NCBI GenBank assembly: GCA_964435515.1
Contig: CAYSZD010000005.1
Location: 8,813-72,812, forward strand
Length of the DNA stretch: 64,000 nt
DNA from: an uncultured Gammaproteobacteria bacterium
GTDB lineage: Bacteria > Patescibacteriota > Patescibacteriia > Patescibacteriales > UBA12465
Direction of reading: 5' to 3'
The position numbers and the translations under genes were made by a program. A model generated the notes under the pieces. The model was not told the DNA's origin, searched no databases, and was given only the letters and a program-made list of their open reading frames with translations. Positions 30,294-40,191 of this stretch are shown piece after piece (the first letter of the stretch is position 1; every line of letters starts with the position of its first letter).

Positions 30294-30728
30294 ATGAAAA
30301 ACATCACTTGGAAACAGCTGAAAGGGCTCGGTTGGTTCTGTATTGTTTATGCCCTCAGTCGTTTACTTCTATCTTTGCCTGCATTGGCCTTACAAGAAAC
30401 AAGCATGTTTGCTATCTTTTTTGGTGTCATGACCGGCGCCTGGCTGGTGTTTACGGCCTACAGATCTAACCAAGCTTTATTGGGACTTTCTGTGAGCGTT
30501 CTCGTTGCATTAGCCTTTATTTGGCTAAGCTGGGGAGACTTTGGCGTTGTTGGTATGGGGATTGGTATGGCTGGCTTGGCTCTGGCCACTCTTGTAACTT
30601 CTGTGGTGCTAATTATTAATCGTATCAACAAGAAGAAAGAATGGCTCATACCTTTGTTGCTTCATGGCATCGGTACGGTGGTGCTCATTTTATTAATGGA
30701 ATATTTGGTCTTACCAGTAATTTATTAA
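30294..30728 (+). CDS. Hypothetical multi-TM membrane protein (antisense insert in GT operon)
   Basis: 144-aa hydrophobic ORF with its own upstream TTGACA and downstream hairpin. Confidence 0.65.
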   Translation: MKNITWKQLKGLGWFCIVYALSRLLLSLPALALQETSMFAIFFGVMTGAWLVFTAYRSNQALLGLSVSVLVALAFIWLSWGDFGVVGMGIGMAGLALATLVTSVVLIINRINKKKEWLIPLLLHGIGTVVLILLMEYLVLPVIY

Positions 30729-30746
30729 GCTGAGAAGACTTTTTAT

Positions 30747-30773
30747 AAGGCGAATATCTATTCGCCTTTTTTT
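30747..30773 (+). terminator. Terminator after inserted membrane-protein gene
   Basis: AAGGCGAATA-TC-TATTCGCCTT followed by a T run. Confidence 0.7.
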
Positions 30774-31431
30774 ATTGTCCAATTTTCTGAATAATTAAAT
30801 CTTTAATAATTCTAATACCGCCAGAAAATTTTTGACCATATTCGTGATAGCTGACAGTAATTGCCACTTCTTTAATGCGCCATTTGCTTTGACTTAATTT
30901 AATAAGAATCTCACTACAATGAGCCATGCCTCTATTTTCTATTCTAAAACTTTTAGCTACATCTTTGGTATAGGCACGAAAACCACTTTGTGGATCACTA
31001 GTTTTAACGCCAAAAAAACGATTAACTATTTTAGCTATTGGGTGTATAAGGTATTTTTTTAATTTTGGCAAATTAGAGTCTTTGCCTAAAAAACGAGAAC
31101 CAAAGACAATATCAGCTTGATTATCAATAATCGGTTTTATAATATCAGGAATTTCATTAGCTGCAAATTGATCGTCAGCGTCAAAATGAACAATAATATC
31201 AGCTCCTAGATTTAAGGCATAATCACTGCCAGTTTGCAGGGCGGCGCCTTGGCCGCGATTAATTGGATGTCTTAGGGCCAAGGCTCCTGCTTCTAGAGCT
31301 AGTTGATAGGTATTATCTTTAGAGCAGTCGTCAACTACAATGACAATATCAACAAAGTTTTTTACTTTGTTGATAACTTTGACAATATGTTTAGCTTCGT
31401 TCCAAGCGGGTATAACACAAGCAATCTTCAT
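30772..31431 (-). CDS. Glycosyltransferase family 2 (DPM1-like)
   Basis: VIPAWNE, VVDDCSKD, NRGQGAAL, FDADDQ and DPQSGFRA. Confidence 0.92.
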   Translation of the reverse strand: MKIACVIPAWNEAKHIVKVINKVKNFVDIVIVVDDCSKDNTYQLALEAGALALRHPINRGQGAALQTGSDYALNLGADIIVHFDADDQFAANEIPDIIKPIIDNQADIVFGSRFLGKDSNLPKLKKYLIHPIAKIVNRFFGVKTSDPQSGFRAYTKDVAKSFRIENRGMAHCSEILIKLSQSKWRIKEVAITVSYHEYGQKFSGGIRIIKDLIIQKIGQ

Positions 31432-31436
31432 AATTT

Positions 31437-32525
31437 TTATTTTTTTTCAGATAGGTAGCTAATTTCTTCTAAACTAATAATACCTAATTCGGCTTTTTTT
31501 AGGGCTTCTAAGATGAGCGGTTTATAGTCTTTGGCCAGTTTTCCTTGTTTGTCAAAATCCATAATTTCAAAAACAGCTATTTTTTCTGTTTTAGGATTTT
31601 TTCTACATTTATTACAAATCCTATTGATATATGTTTGACGGGGCCAATAGTGTGATGCTAATGGCCATTTTTTTGTAATATTTTTTTTAAGTTCTATATC
31701 TGTGCTTAATTTTGTGAGACAGTGAAGACAAAGGCGAGGAAAAAGTTGTTGACAGGTGATGAGTAATAGGCGCTCAGCAATGCCAGCTGATGATATACCG
31801 GCTTGTCTTAAAGCTTTTAGGCTTTGTGCAGCAGAAGTATAGGGTAGGGCTACAATTACTAGTCGACTGGCGGATATTCGCCACAAGCTTTTTAAATCTT
31901 CTTTATTTAATTTAGCATCACAAGCTATAACATCGCTATCAAGACGAGATAAGAGTTGTAGGCTACTACTGACACCGCCATAACTTTTTGCTTTAATGGT
32001 GTTTAAATTACTTAGAGAATATTGCGGATAATCTTCTATAGAGTATAGAGCTCTGTGGCTGTCAATTAAAGATAGGATGGAATAATAAGTAGTTGTGAGT
32101 CCTTGTTCTTCTGGGGCGCTGAGTATGATGAGGCCGGTTTTCTTGTTTAAAGCAGTCTGAATCTTTTGTTGTTGGGCTCTATTGAGACCTAGTCCGGAAA
32201 ATCTTTTTATTTTGGCTCTGGTAGAACTAAGACTGATACTTATTTTGTCACCGTTTTTAGCGGGAGTAATACTAGCCCTACCACTAATAACATTAGAACC
32301 ATCTAGTATTTTAAAGCGTTTATTACGAATATATTCATTTTCCTGAGCTTCTAAAATAGCCCTAAAAACAGCAATAATTTGCTCCTCTGCGTCAGCTGGG
32401 AGTTGCCAGTGGTCATTTTCATTATAACGACAGATAAGTTTATTGTTTTGTTTTTCTAAACTTAAATGTTTATAGCCACGCTCATTGGCATAGCGGCAAA
32501 TTTTTGTAATAGTTTTTTGAGGCAT
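31437..32525 (-). CDS. Degenerate PilB/GspE-like ATPase
   Basis: GLIILSAPEEQGLTTTYYS (Walker A lacking Lys), SIEDYP (Asp box) and RLCLHC...CNKC tetracysteine. Confidence 0.7.
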   Translation of the reverse strand: MPQKTITKICRYANERGYKHLSLEKQNNKLICRYNENDHWQLPADAEEQIIAVFRAILEAQENEYIRNKRFKILDGSNVISGRASITPAKNGDKISISLSSTRAKIKRFSGLGLNRAQQQKIQTALNKKTGLIILSAPEEQGLTTTYYSILSLIDSHRALYSIEDYPQYSLSNLNTIKAKSYGGVSSSLQLLSRLDSDVIACDAKLNKEDLKSLWRISASRLVIVALPYTSAAQSLKALRQAGISSAGIAERLLLITCQQLFPRLCLHCLTKLSTDIELKKNITKKWPLASHYWPRQTYINRICNKCRKNPKTEKIAVFEIMDFDKQGKLAKDYKPLILEALKKAELGIISLEEISYLSEKK

Positions 32526-32646
32526 ATATAATTATTATATCATTATTTGTGATATTTTTAAAATAAGCTTGGATATGTTAAAATAGGAGCAGAAAACATC
32601 TTAGATGCTTTTATTGATGTATTTATATAGTTTTAGTATTTATTAT

Positions 32647-33060
32647 ATGGCTTTTTCTTTTTTTGGTTTTTGGTATAATTTGAAAAAAAATTTGAGTTCA
32701 TCTTTTCAATCTTATTGGCGCTACACGCCTAATCGCTGGTATTTTTTTAGTATTATTGTTTTACAACTTTTAATTTGGTTTTTTGCTTATCGAATTTTTT
32801 CTCTTACTGGTTCAGAGTTGTTTGTGTCTCACTATAATGTTGATTTTGGTATTGATGGTATTGGATCAGCTAGACGAGTGTTTGAAGTTCCTATTATTAC
32901 TTTAATAATCACTATTTTTAATTTTATTTTTTTAATGCGTTTTGGGCGTAAAGATATTTTTCATTTTTTAGTTCACGCAATTGGTTTGGCTTCGGTGGCG
33001 ATTCAATTTTTAGCGGCGCTATCTTTAATGTCTCTTTATTTAATTAATTTTATTGCTTAA
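32647..33060 (+). CDS. Hypothetical membrane protein upstream of mraY
   Basis: Three TM segments and SHYNVDFGID loop; start could be 32605, 32617 or 32647. Confidence 0.65.
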   Translation: MAFSFFGFWYNLKKNLSSSFQSYWRYTPNRWYFFSIIVLQLLIWFFAYRIFSLTGSELFVSHYNVDFGIDGIGSARRVFEVPIITLIITIFNFIFLMRFGRKDIFHFLVHAIGLASVAIQFLAALSLMSLYLINFIA

Positions 33061-33063
33061 ATT

Positions 33064-34113
33064 ATGACAACTTTTTACATTGTTAAAATTTTACTATTAT
33101 CTTCTTTAGCTTTTATTTTTGCAATTACGCTCACTCCTATTTTAACTAATTTTTTATATAAGTATAAATTAGGGAAGCAAATAAGGAATAGCGGAGCTAC
33201 GCCTATTTTTAGTAAGTTACATGCCCATAAAGCTGGCACACCAACGATGGGAGGTATATTAATTTGGGGAACAGTTTTAGTGTTTATGGTGTTTTTCTCT
33301 TTTTTAGCAGATGTTTTTCCCGGAGAAATATTTAAATATTTGAATTTCTTTTCTCGCTCTGAAACCCTTTTACCTTTAGGTGTTTTAATTGCTAGTGCTT
33401 TAATTGGTTTAATAGATGATTGGTTAGATGTTAGTGGACACGGTATGTTTGGTGGAGGCGGTTTAAAGTTAAGGCATCGTTTATTAATCTATACTATTAT
33501 TGCTTTAGCAGGAGCTGCTTGGTTTTATTTTAAATTAGATTGGACAGTTTTTCATGTACCCTTTTTAGGTAATTTTGAAATATCATGGTGGTATATACCA
33601 GTTTTTGTTTTTGTAATTGTGGCGACATCTTTTTCAGTTAACGAAACAGATGGCTTAGATGGTTTAGCTGGTGGTACTTTACTTATTGCTTTTGCTTCTT
33701 ATGCTATTATTGCCTTTGCTCTTGGCCGTTATGAATTAGCTGCTTTTTGTGGAGTGATATTGGGAGCTTTATTAGCTTTTTTATGGTTTAATATTCCACC
33801 GGCTAGATTTTATATGGGAGATACCGGGGCAATGAGCTTGGGGGTTACTTTGGGGGTAATTGCCATGCTGACAAACAGCGCTCTATTATTGCCCCTTATT
33901 GGTTTGATATTTGTGATAGAATCTTGTTCTGTCCTAATTCAGCTTTTATCCAAAAAAATAAGAAAGAAGAAGGTTTTTCTCTCTAGTCCAATTCATCATC
34001 ATTTTCAAGCAATCGGTTGGCCAGAATCTAAGATAGTTATGCGTTTTTGGGTTATATCAGCTTTAGGAGCCATTTTGGCACTGATTATCTTTTTAATTGA
34101 TCGTCAATGGTAA
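33064..34113 (+). CDS. mraY: Phospho-N-acetylmuramoyl-pentapeptide transferase
   Basis: KAGTPTMGG, DD, NETDGLDGL, MGDTG and PIHHHF. Confidence 0.97.
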   Translation: MTTFYIVKILLLSSLAFIFAITLTPILTNFLYKYKLGKQIRNSGATPIFSKLHAHKAGTPTMGGILIWGTVLVFMVFFSFLADVFPGEIFKYLNFFSRSETLLPLGVLIASALIGLIDDWLDVSGHGMFGGGGLKLRHRLLIYTIIALAGAAWFYFKLDWTVFHVPFLGNFEISWWYIPVFVFVIVATSFSVNETDGLDGLAGGTLLIAFASYAIIAFALGRYELAAFCGVILGALLAFLWFNIPPARFYMGDTGAMSLGVTLGVIAMLTNSALLLPLIGLIFVIESCSVLIQLLSKKIRKKKVFLSSPIHHHFQAIGWPESKIVMRFWVISALGAILALIIFLIDRQW

Positions 34114-34125
34114 TATTATTTTGTT

Positions 34126-35271
34126 ATGATTAAATATCTTAGACGCATTTTAAATAAATCAAAACAACTCGGACCAGCCGACCCTTGGCTCTTGTTTGCA
34201 TCTGGAGCTTTGTTAGTTATTGGTTTAGTTATGCTGTCTAGTGCTTCAGCGGTGGTTTCTTATGATAGCTTTGGTAATACTTATCATTATTTTTTTCGTC
34301 AATTAATAGCGGTAGTTATTAGTTTGGCTTTCTTTTTTTTATTTTATCATATTGATTATCGCACTTGGCGTCGTTTTGCTATTTGGGCTTTATTTGCTTC
34401 TATTATTCTTTTAGTTTTAGTTTTTATTCCTGGCCTTAGGTCTGAGTATGGGACCGCTAGAAGTTGGATTGTAATTTTTGGACAATCTTTTCAGCCAGCG
34501 GAATTAGTGAAGCTAACTTTTTTAATTTATTTAGCTACTTGGCTTGAAGCTAAAAAGGGGCAATTACAAGAAGCGGGAAGTGGTATTGTGCCTTTTATTA
34601 TTAGTTTAGTGATTATCGGAGCTTTAATGTTGGCTCAACCAGATTTAGGCACTCTCTTTGTTATTTTATTTTCTTCTTTTGTGGCCTTTTTTGTAGCTGG
34701 AGGTAAATTTTCTCATATTTTAGTTACTATCTTATTGGCTGTTTTTGCTATATCGCTATTGCTCTATGCTACCACCTCTTATCGTAATGCTCGGTTTTTA
34801 TGTTATAAAGATCCGAGTTATAGTACTCAGAAAGAATGTTATCAAATTAATCAGTCTTTAATTGCCGTTGGTTCCGGTGGTTGGTTTGGTAGGGGTTTAG
34901 GGGAAAGTAGACAAAAGTTTATGTATTTACCAGAGGTTTGGGGTGATTCTATTTTTCCGATTATTGCCGAGGAGATTGGTTTTATTTTTAGTAGTATTTT
35001 ATTAATTTTATTTGGACTACTTTTCTATCGTGGTTTAAAAATTGCTCGTCATGCTCCAGATGTCTATGGTACAGCTTTGGCGGTTGGGATTGTGGCTTGG
35101 TTAGTTATCCAAACTTTCCTAAATATTGGTGGTATGTTAAATTTAATTCCCATGACTGGAGTGCCTTTACCTTTTATATCTTCAGGTGGTTCTTCGATGT
35201 TAGCTTTATCTATGGCGATTGGTATTTTGGCAAATATTAGTAGACAAACTTCATATGGTCGCAGAAAATAA
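34126..35271 (+). CDS. ftsW: SEDS peptidoglycan polymerase FtsW
   Basis: FQPAELVK, QPDLGT, LPEVWGDSIF..IAEE and TGVPLPFISSGGS. Confidence 0.93.
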   Translation: MIKYLRRILNKSKQLGPADPWLLFASGALLVIGLVMLSSASAVVSYDSFGNTYHYFFRQLIAVVISLAFFFLFYHIDYRTWRRFAIWALFASIILLVLVFIPGLRSEYGTARSWIVIFGQSFQPAELVKLTFLIYLATWLEAKKGQLQEAGSGIVPFIISLVIIGALMLAQPDLGTLFVILFSSFVAFFVAGGKFSHILVTILLAVFAISLLLYATTSYRNARFLCYKDPSYSTQKECYQINQSLIAVGSGGWFGRGLGESRQKFMYLPEVWGDSIFPIIAEEIGFIFSSILLILFGLLFYRGLKIARHAPDVYGTALAVGIVAWLVIQTFLNIGGMLNLIPMTGVPLPFISSGGSSMLALSMAIGILANISRQTSYGRRK

Positions 35272-36349
35272 TAAAAAATTAATTATTTTATCTGGTGGCG
35301 GTACTGGTGGCCCTAGTACTGTTCCATTAGCTTTGGCTCAGGCATGTAGTAAGATAGATAATAATATTTCTTTTATTTTTATTGGTTCTAATCCAGATTT
35401 AGAGAAAACTTTATTTGCTGATTTATTTAAAAAATTAGACATTCGTTATTTATCTTTGCCAGCGGGAAAATGGAGACGTTATTTTTCTCTAAATAATTTT
35501 TTTGATTTATTTAAAATTATTTACAGTTTTTTTAAATCATTCTTTTTACTTATTAGATTGAAACCAAAAATGATTATATCGGCTGGTTCTTTCGCTAGCG
35601 TACCATTGGTGTGGGCAGGGAAGCTGCTTAGAATAAAGATAATGGTTCATCAGCAAGATTTGCGACCTGGCTTAGCTAATCGTTTAATGGCACCTATAGC
35701 TGATATTATTAGTGTTGCCTTTGAGAAATCTTTACAAGACTATAATTCTAAAGCGCGGTGGATAGGTAATCCATATTTAGATGATGCTAAAAATATTGAA
35801 TTGGATAATTTTAAAAAAAATAATGATGACTGTCCTTTATTATTTTTGTCTGGTGGCGGTAGTGGCTCAGTGGCTTTAAATCGTTTACTGATAGAAGCTT
35901 TGCCGTATTTGCCTGATAATTGGCAGTTTGTTCACCAGACTGGTAAAGGTAAAAGTATAGGGGAATTAGAACGGCCAAATTATTTAGCAGTTGAAAATTT
36001 TTCGCATGGAGATTTTTTTAAGTGGACACAAAGGGCAGATATAATTATTAGCAGGGCTGGACTCGGCTCTTTAACTGAATTTTCATATCTTGCTAAAGCG
36101 CTAATTCTTATTCCTATTCCTCATAGTCATCAGGAGGATAATGCTTTATATTTTGCTGAAAAAGATGCAGCGATTTATTTAAAGCAGAAAGAAATGAATG
36201 GACAAAAATTAGCTGAAGTACTTTTATCTCTTTGGCAGAATAAAGAGAAAATAGAGGATTTAAAAAAGAATATTAGTTTTATAATGCCCAAGGCAGCAGC
36301 TTTAATTGGAGCTGAAATTATTAAACAAACTATTTATGAATCTGCTTAA
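35255..36349 (+). CDS. murG: UDP-GlcNAc--lipid I transferase MurG
   Basis: SGGGTGG, HQQDLRPGLAN, GGGSGS, SRAG and HQEDNA. Confidence 0.92.
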   Translation: MVAENNKKLIILSGGGTGGPSTVPLALAQACSKIDNNISFIFIGSNPDLEKTLFADLFKKLDIRYLSLPAGKWRRYFSLNNFFDLFKIIYSFFKSFFLLIRLKPKMIISAGSFASVPLVWAGKLLRIKIMVHQQDLRPGLANRLMAPIADIISVAFEKSLQDYNSKARWIGNPYLDDAKNIELDNFKKNNDDCPLLFLSGGGSGSVALNRLLIEALPYLPDNWQFVHQTGKGKSIGELERPNYLAVENFSHGDFFKWTQRADIIISRAGLGSLTEFSYLAKALILIPIPHSHQEDNALYFAEKDAAIYLKQKEMNGQKLAEVLLSLWQNKEKIEDLKKNISFIMPKAAALIGAEIIKQTIYESA

Positions 36350-37721
36350 ATATAAACACTTTTATTTAATTGGTATCAAAGGAGTGGGCATGACGATGTT
36401 GGCTCAGTTTTTAAAAAAACTTGGCAAAGATGTGAGTGGCTCAGATATTAGTGATGTTTTTATGACAGATAGGGTTTTAAAAGGAGAAGGCATTAAGGTG
36501 TTTAAAGGCTTTAAGGCAGAACGTGTGCCAAAAGAGGCTGTTATTATTTATTCTAGTGCCTATAATTCGGAAAATAATGTAGAAGTGAAAGCGGCTCAAT
36601 TATTTAAACAAGGAGTAGTTGTTAATTACGCCCAAGCTATTGGTTCGGTTTTTTCTCATTATCAAGGCATAGCTGTTTGTGGTAGTCATGGTAAGACCAC
36701 TACTTCTGCTTGGCTGGGTTTTGTATTACAAGAACTAGGTTTAAGTCCTAATGTTTTAGTTGGGGCCGCTGTCTCTCAATTAGGAGGTAGTGCTGTTCTT
36801 GGTAAGTCTGATTACTTTATTGCTGAGGCTGATGAATATCAAAATAAATTACAATATTTTAAACCTTATGGAATAGTGTTAAATAATATTGAATATGATC
36901 ATCCAGATTTTTTTAAGACCAAAGCTTCATACTATCAAGTCTTTGCTGATTTTGTGAGTAAGTTAAAAGCTAGTGGATTTTTAGTTGCTAATTATGAAGA
37001 CAGGGAGGTGAGAAAGCTTTTAAGTTTAACTAAAGCAAAAATTATTACTTATGCCATTAGTGATAATCTAGGAAAAAATGTAAAACAAGTTTCTCTTTTA
37101 GCTCACTCTTTGCATCAAGATGAAAAATTTCAATACTTTAAAGTTAATGATTTAGGTGAATTTAAGATTCGCTTATTTGGTCGTCATAATATATCTAATG
37201 CTTTGGCGGTTTTAGCTGGTGCCTTAGCTTTAGGCATTAATCCTCAAGAGATAAAATCAACTCTAGCTCTTTTTGAGGGCACTGCCAGGAGGGCGCAGTT
37301 GTTAGGAGAGTATAAGGGGGTTAAAATTTTTGATGATTATGGTCATCATCCAACTGAGATAAAAGCGACTATTCGAGCTTTTAGAGAGCGCTATAAAAAT
37401 AATAGATTAGTTGTTTTATTTCATCCTCATACTTATACGCGCACTAAGGCCTTATTTAAAGATTTTCTAACTAGTTTTGATGAGGCTGATATATTAGGGG
37501 TTCTTTCTATCTATGGTTCAGCACGAGAAAAACAAGGAGGAATCTCTTCCTTGGAATTAGTTAATGAAATTAGTAAAAGAAAAATTAAACAGGTTAAATA
37601 TTTAGCTGATTTTAATCAGGCGAGTGATTGGTTAAAAAAAGATTTAAAAAAAGGAGATATTTTAGTTTTGCTTGGGGCGGGGGATGTTTTTAGGATAGGA
37701 GAGATGTTGTTAAAAAAATAA
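36336..37721 (+). CDS. murC: UDP-N-acetylmuramate--L-alanine ligase
   Basis: IGIKGVGM, GSHGKTTT, EADE and DDYGHHPTE. Confidence 0.95.
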   Translation: MNLLKYKHFYLIGIKGVGMTMLAQFLKKLGKDVSGSDISDVFMTDRVLKGEGIKVFKGFKAERVPKEAVIIYSSAYNSENNVEVKAAQLFKQGVVVNYAQAIGSVFSHYQGIAVCGSHGKTTTSAWLGFVLQELGLSPNVLVGAAVSQLGGSAVLGKSDYFIAEADEYQNKLQYFKPYGIVLNNIEYDHPDFFKTKASYYQVFADFVSKLKASGFLVANYEDREVRKLLSLTKAKIITYAISDNLGKNVKQVSLLAHSLHQDEKFQYFKVNDLGEFKIRLFGRHNISNALAVLAGALALGINPQEIKSTLALFEGTARRAQLLGEYKGVKIFDDYGHHPTEIKATIRAFRERYKNNRLVVLFHPHTYTRTKALFKDFLTSFDEADILGVLSIYGSAREKQGGISSLELVNEISKRKIKQVKYLADFNQASDWLKKDLKKGDILVLLGAGDVFRIGEMLLKK

Positions 37722-37752
37722 TAGCTTCTTGATTATTTAAATAAATAAAAAA

Positions 37753-37772
37753 CCCGGTCTTTAAAGATCGGG
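37753..37772. terminator. Hairpin between convergent murC and orphan gene
   Basis: CCCGGTCT-TTAA-AGATCGGG preceded by an A run, which is a U tract on the minus strand. Confidence 0.65.
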
Positions 37773-37780
37773 CTGTTATT

Positions 37781-38197
37781 TTATTGTTCTAGTTTCTTGA
37801 GTATGTCCTCTGCAATAATGATTTGCAAAGGTTGTGATAGAGCCGAGGCAAAAGGCTCCAACATATTTTTATATTCAGCCGTTATTTGCTCGGCTGATTT
37901 ATTTTTTAGCCACAGTTTAATGCCTTTGAGGGCAATAACGGTTGACCATATCTTTTGAGTGCTGCAAAGGGAAAAAAATAGGAAAACGTGCAGCGCCTGC
38001 TCATAATTATAAATTATTGGCACTAAGGATGACCAATTTCTTTTAAAGAAATCGTGCCGCTCTTTAGAATTAACGTTGAGCTCTTGGTTAATTTTACTAA
38101 AAACCTCTAGTTTTAACTTGATGTTTTTAGCTTTATCAAATTCTTCTTGGTATCTAGCTATATCAGCTAGCTTTTTTTCTTTTTTTTGTTTCGACAT
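37781..38197 (-). CDS. Hypothetical protein (antisense orphan)
   Basis: 138-aa ORF filling the gap, with its own TTGACA upstream and a terminator downstream. Confidence 0.6.
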   Translation of the reverse strand: MSKQKKEKKLADIARYQEEFDKAKNIKLKLEVFSKINQELNVNSKERHDFFKRNWSSLVPIIYNYEQALHVFLFFSLCSTQKIWSTVIALKGIKLWLKNKSAEQITAEYKNMLEPFASALSQPLQIIIAEDILKKLEQ

Positions 38198-38344
38198 TTT
38201 TTAGATTTTAAAGTTCTGTGCTTATTTAAACCTATTTTTTAATTTTTGTCAAATTTTAGTGCTGTTTTTATCTCTTTTACTCTTGATTTTATCTATTTTA
38301 AAGGCTATAACTAATGATATGATAAAGCTAATATTATCTAATTT

Positions 38345-40135
38345 ATGGAAAAAATTGATGACAACCAGATCAAGAAAGATGAAAAACCCAGTTTGAGCTG
38401 GGGTGTTTTCTGGCGCTCCTTATTTAAACTACTAAAACCATTCCACTTTTTAATGTTGCGTATTGTAATATTAATTGTTTTTATTTCTGCCCTGGATTTA
38501 GCTAAGCCCTATATTTTGAAATTAGTGATTGATGCGCTGACGGATTTTCAAAATATTGATTTAAATTTTTTGCTGTGGTTGATTGTTTTATATTTAGGCT
38601 CTGATCAGGTGCGTTCTATTTTGCAGTATTTTATTGACCGCTTTATTCTGCGTTTTTTAGTCAAAATAGAATATTATTTAGGCATGAAAGCTCAGGCTAA
38701 ATTATTAGAGTTAAGTTTGGGTTATCATGAAAGAGAAAATACGGGCTCTAAGATAGTAAAAATTGAACGTGGTATTGATCGTATATCTACTCTTGGTCAG
38801 AGTATTTTTTGGGAAGTATTACCCACCATTATTCAATTTGTCTTTACTGTGGCTGCTTTATTTTGGTCCGATTGGCGCATCGGCTTATCCTTCATATTTT
38901 TTGCGCCTTTGTTTATGTTTGTTACCTATTGGACTAATACCAAAATGTATCTTACTAGAAAAGAAATATATAGTTCTTATGAAAAAGCTTCAGGTAAGAT
39001 GGCTCAATCTATTATTAATATCAATGCGGTTCAATCATTTGCTCAAGAGAAAAAAGAATTATCAGGTTTTGATCAGTTGAAAACTGGTATTATGAATAAT
39101 GAGAATAAACAGTGGAATTGGATGATAAAGATGGGGTTGGGGAGAAATTTAATTGTTGATTTAGGCAGAGCTAGTGTTTTATTTTTAGGCGTCTATTTAG
39201 CCTATCAGGGATCTATGAGCGTCGGCACTCTTATCTTTGCCTTTACTCTAAGTGAAAAAGCCTATTCTTCTTTATATCGTTTGTCTCGTTTCTATGACCG
39301 CATGGAAGAAGGTAGGGAGGGTGTTAGTCGTCTATTAACTCTTTTTTCAGCTCAGAGTGATATAGTGGAAAGTGAGAATGCTCAAGGTCCTACAACTTTA
39401 AATGGTGAGGTAGAATTTAAAAATGTATCGTTTCGCTATCAGCAATCTGATTATCGTGCTTTACATGAAGTTTCATTTAAAGTGCCAGCTTTTAGCCGCG
39501 TGGCCTTAGTTGGTCCTTCTGGTGGAGGGAAAACTACTATTGCTCGTTTAATCTATCGTCATTATGATCCTCAAAAAGGACAAGTTTTAATTGATGGACA
39601 AGATATAAAAAACTTTAAATTGTCTGAATATCGTCATTTTTTAGCTATTGTTCCTCAGGAGGTGGAAATATTTGACGTGAGCGTGGCTGAAAATATTGCC
39701 TATGCTAGACCAGAAGCTAGTCAGACGGAAATTGAAGCGGCGGCTAAAATTGCTAATGCAGAGGAATTTATTGCTAAATTAGAAAAAGGTTATGATACTT
39801 TAGTTGGAGAAAGGGGTATAAAACTATCGGGTGGACAAAGACAAAGATTGGGTATTGCTCGAGCAGTGTTAGCCAATCCTAAAATATTAATTTTTGATGA
39901 AGCTACTTCTAATCTAGATAGTGAGAGTGAGCGTTTAATTCAAGATGCATTAGAACGTTTGGCTAAGCAAAGAACACTTATTATTATCGCTCATCGTTTA
40001 AGCACAGTCAGGAAGGCTGATAAGATTTTAGTGCTCAAAAATGGTAGATTAGTAGAAGAGGGCAATCATGAAGAGCTGGCTAAATTAGAGAAAGGTATTT
40101 ATGCTAAGCTTTTGGGTTTACAAAAAATAGATTAA
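38345..40135 (+). CDS. ABC exporter, fused TMD-NBD (MsbA/MdlB-like)
   Basis: Six-TM domain, GPSGGGKT, LSGGQRQR, DEATS and IAHRLST. Confidence 0.93.
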   Translation: MEKIDDNQIKKDEKPSLSWGVFWRSLFKLLKPFHFLMLRIVILIVFISALDLAKPYILKLVIDALTDFQNIDLNFLLWLIVLYLGSDQVRSILQYFIDRFILRFLVKIEYYLGMKAQAKLLELSLGYHERENTGSKIVKIERGIDRISTLGQSIFWEVLPTIIQFVFTVAALFWSDWRIGLSFIFFAPLFMFVTYWTNTKMYLTRKEIYSSYEKASGKMAQSIININAVQSFAQEKKELSGFDQLKTGIMNNENKQWNWMIKMGLGRNLIVDLGRASVLFLGVYLAYQGSMSVGTLIFAFTLSEKAYSSLYRLSRFYDRMEEGREGVSRLLTLFSAQSDIVESENAQGPTTLNGEVEFKNVSFRYQQSDYRALHEVSFKVPAFSRVALVGPSGGGKTTIARLIYRHYDPQKGQVLIDGQDIKNFKLSEYRHFLAIVPQEVEIFDVSVAENIAYARPEASQTEIEAAAKIANAEEFIAKLEKGYDTLVGERGIKLSGGQRQRLGIARAVLANPKILIFDEATSNLDSESERLIQDALERLAKQRTLIIIAHRLSTVRKADKILVLKNGRLVEEGNHEELAKLEKGIYAKLLGLQKID

Positions 40136-40191
40136 AGAGTTAGTTGTGTTTTAATTAGACTTTTATTGATTTTTTAGGCTATAATATCCTT

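Noticed and set aside
35255-35330. MurG GGTGGP instead of GGTGGH as a sign of inactivation
   Set aside because: All other MurG motifs and the ftsW-murG-murC context are intact; a single substitution is not enough evidence.
38763-39080. Same-strand alternative-frame ORFs (38763-39080; also 62397-62594)
   Set aside because: They are nested in or overlap the ABC transporter and rplP/rpmC, with no independent coding signal.
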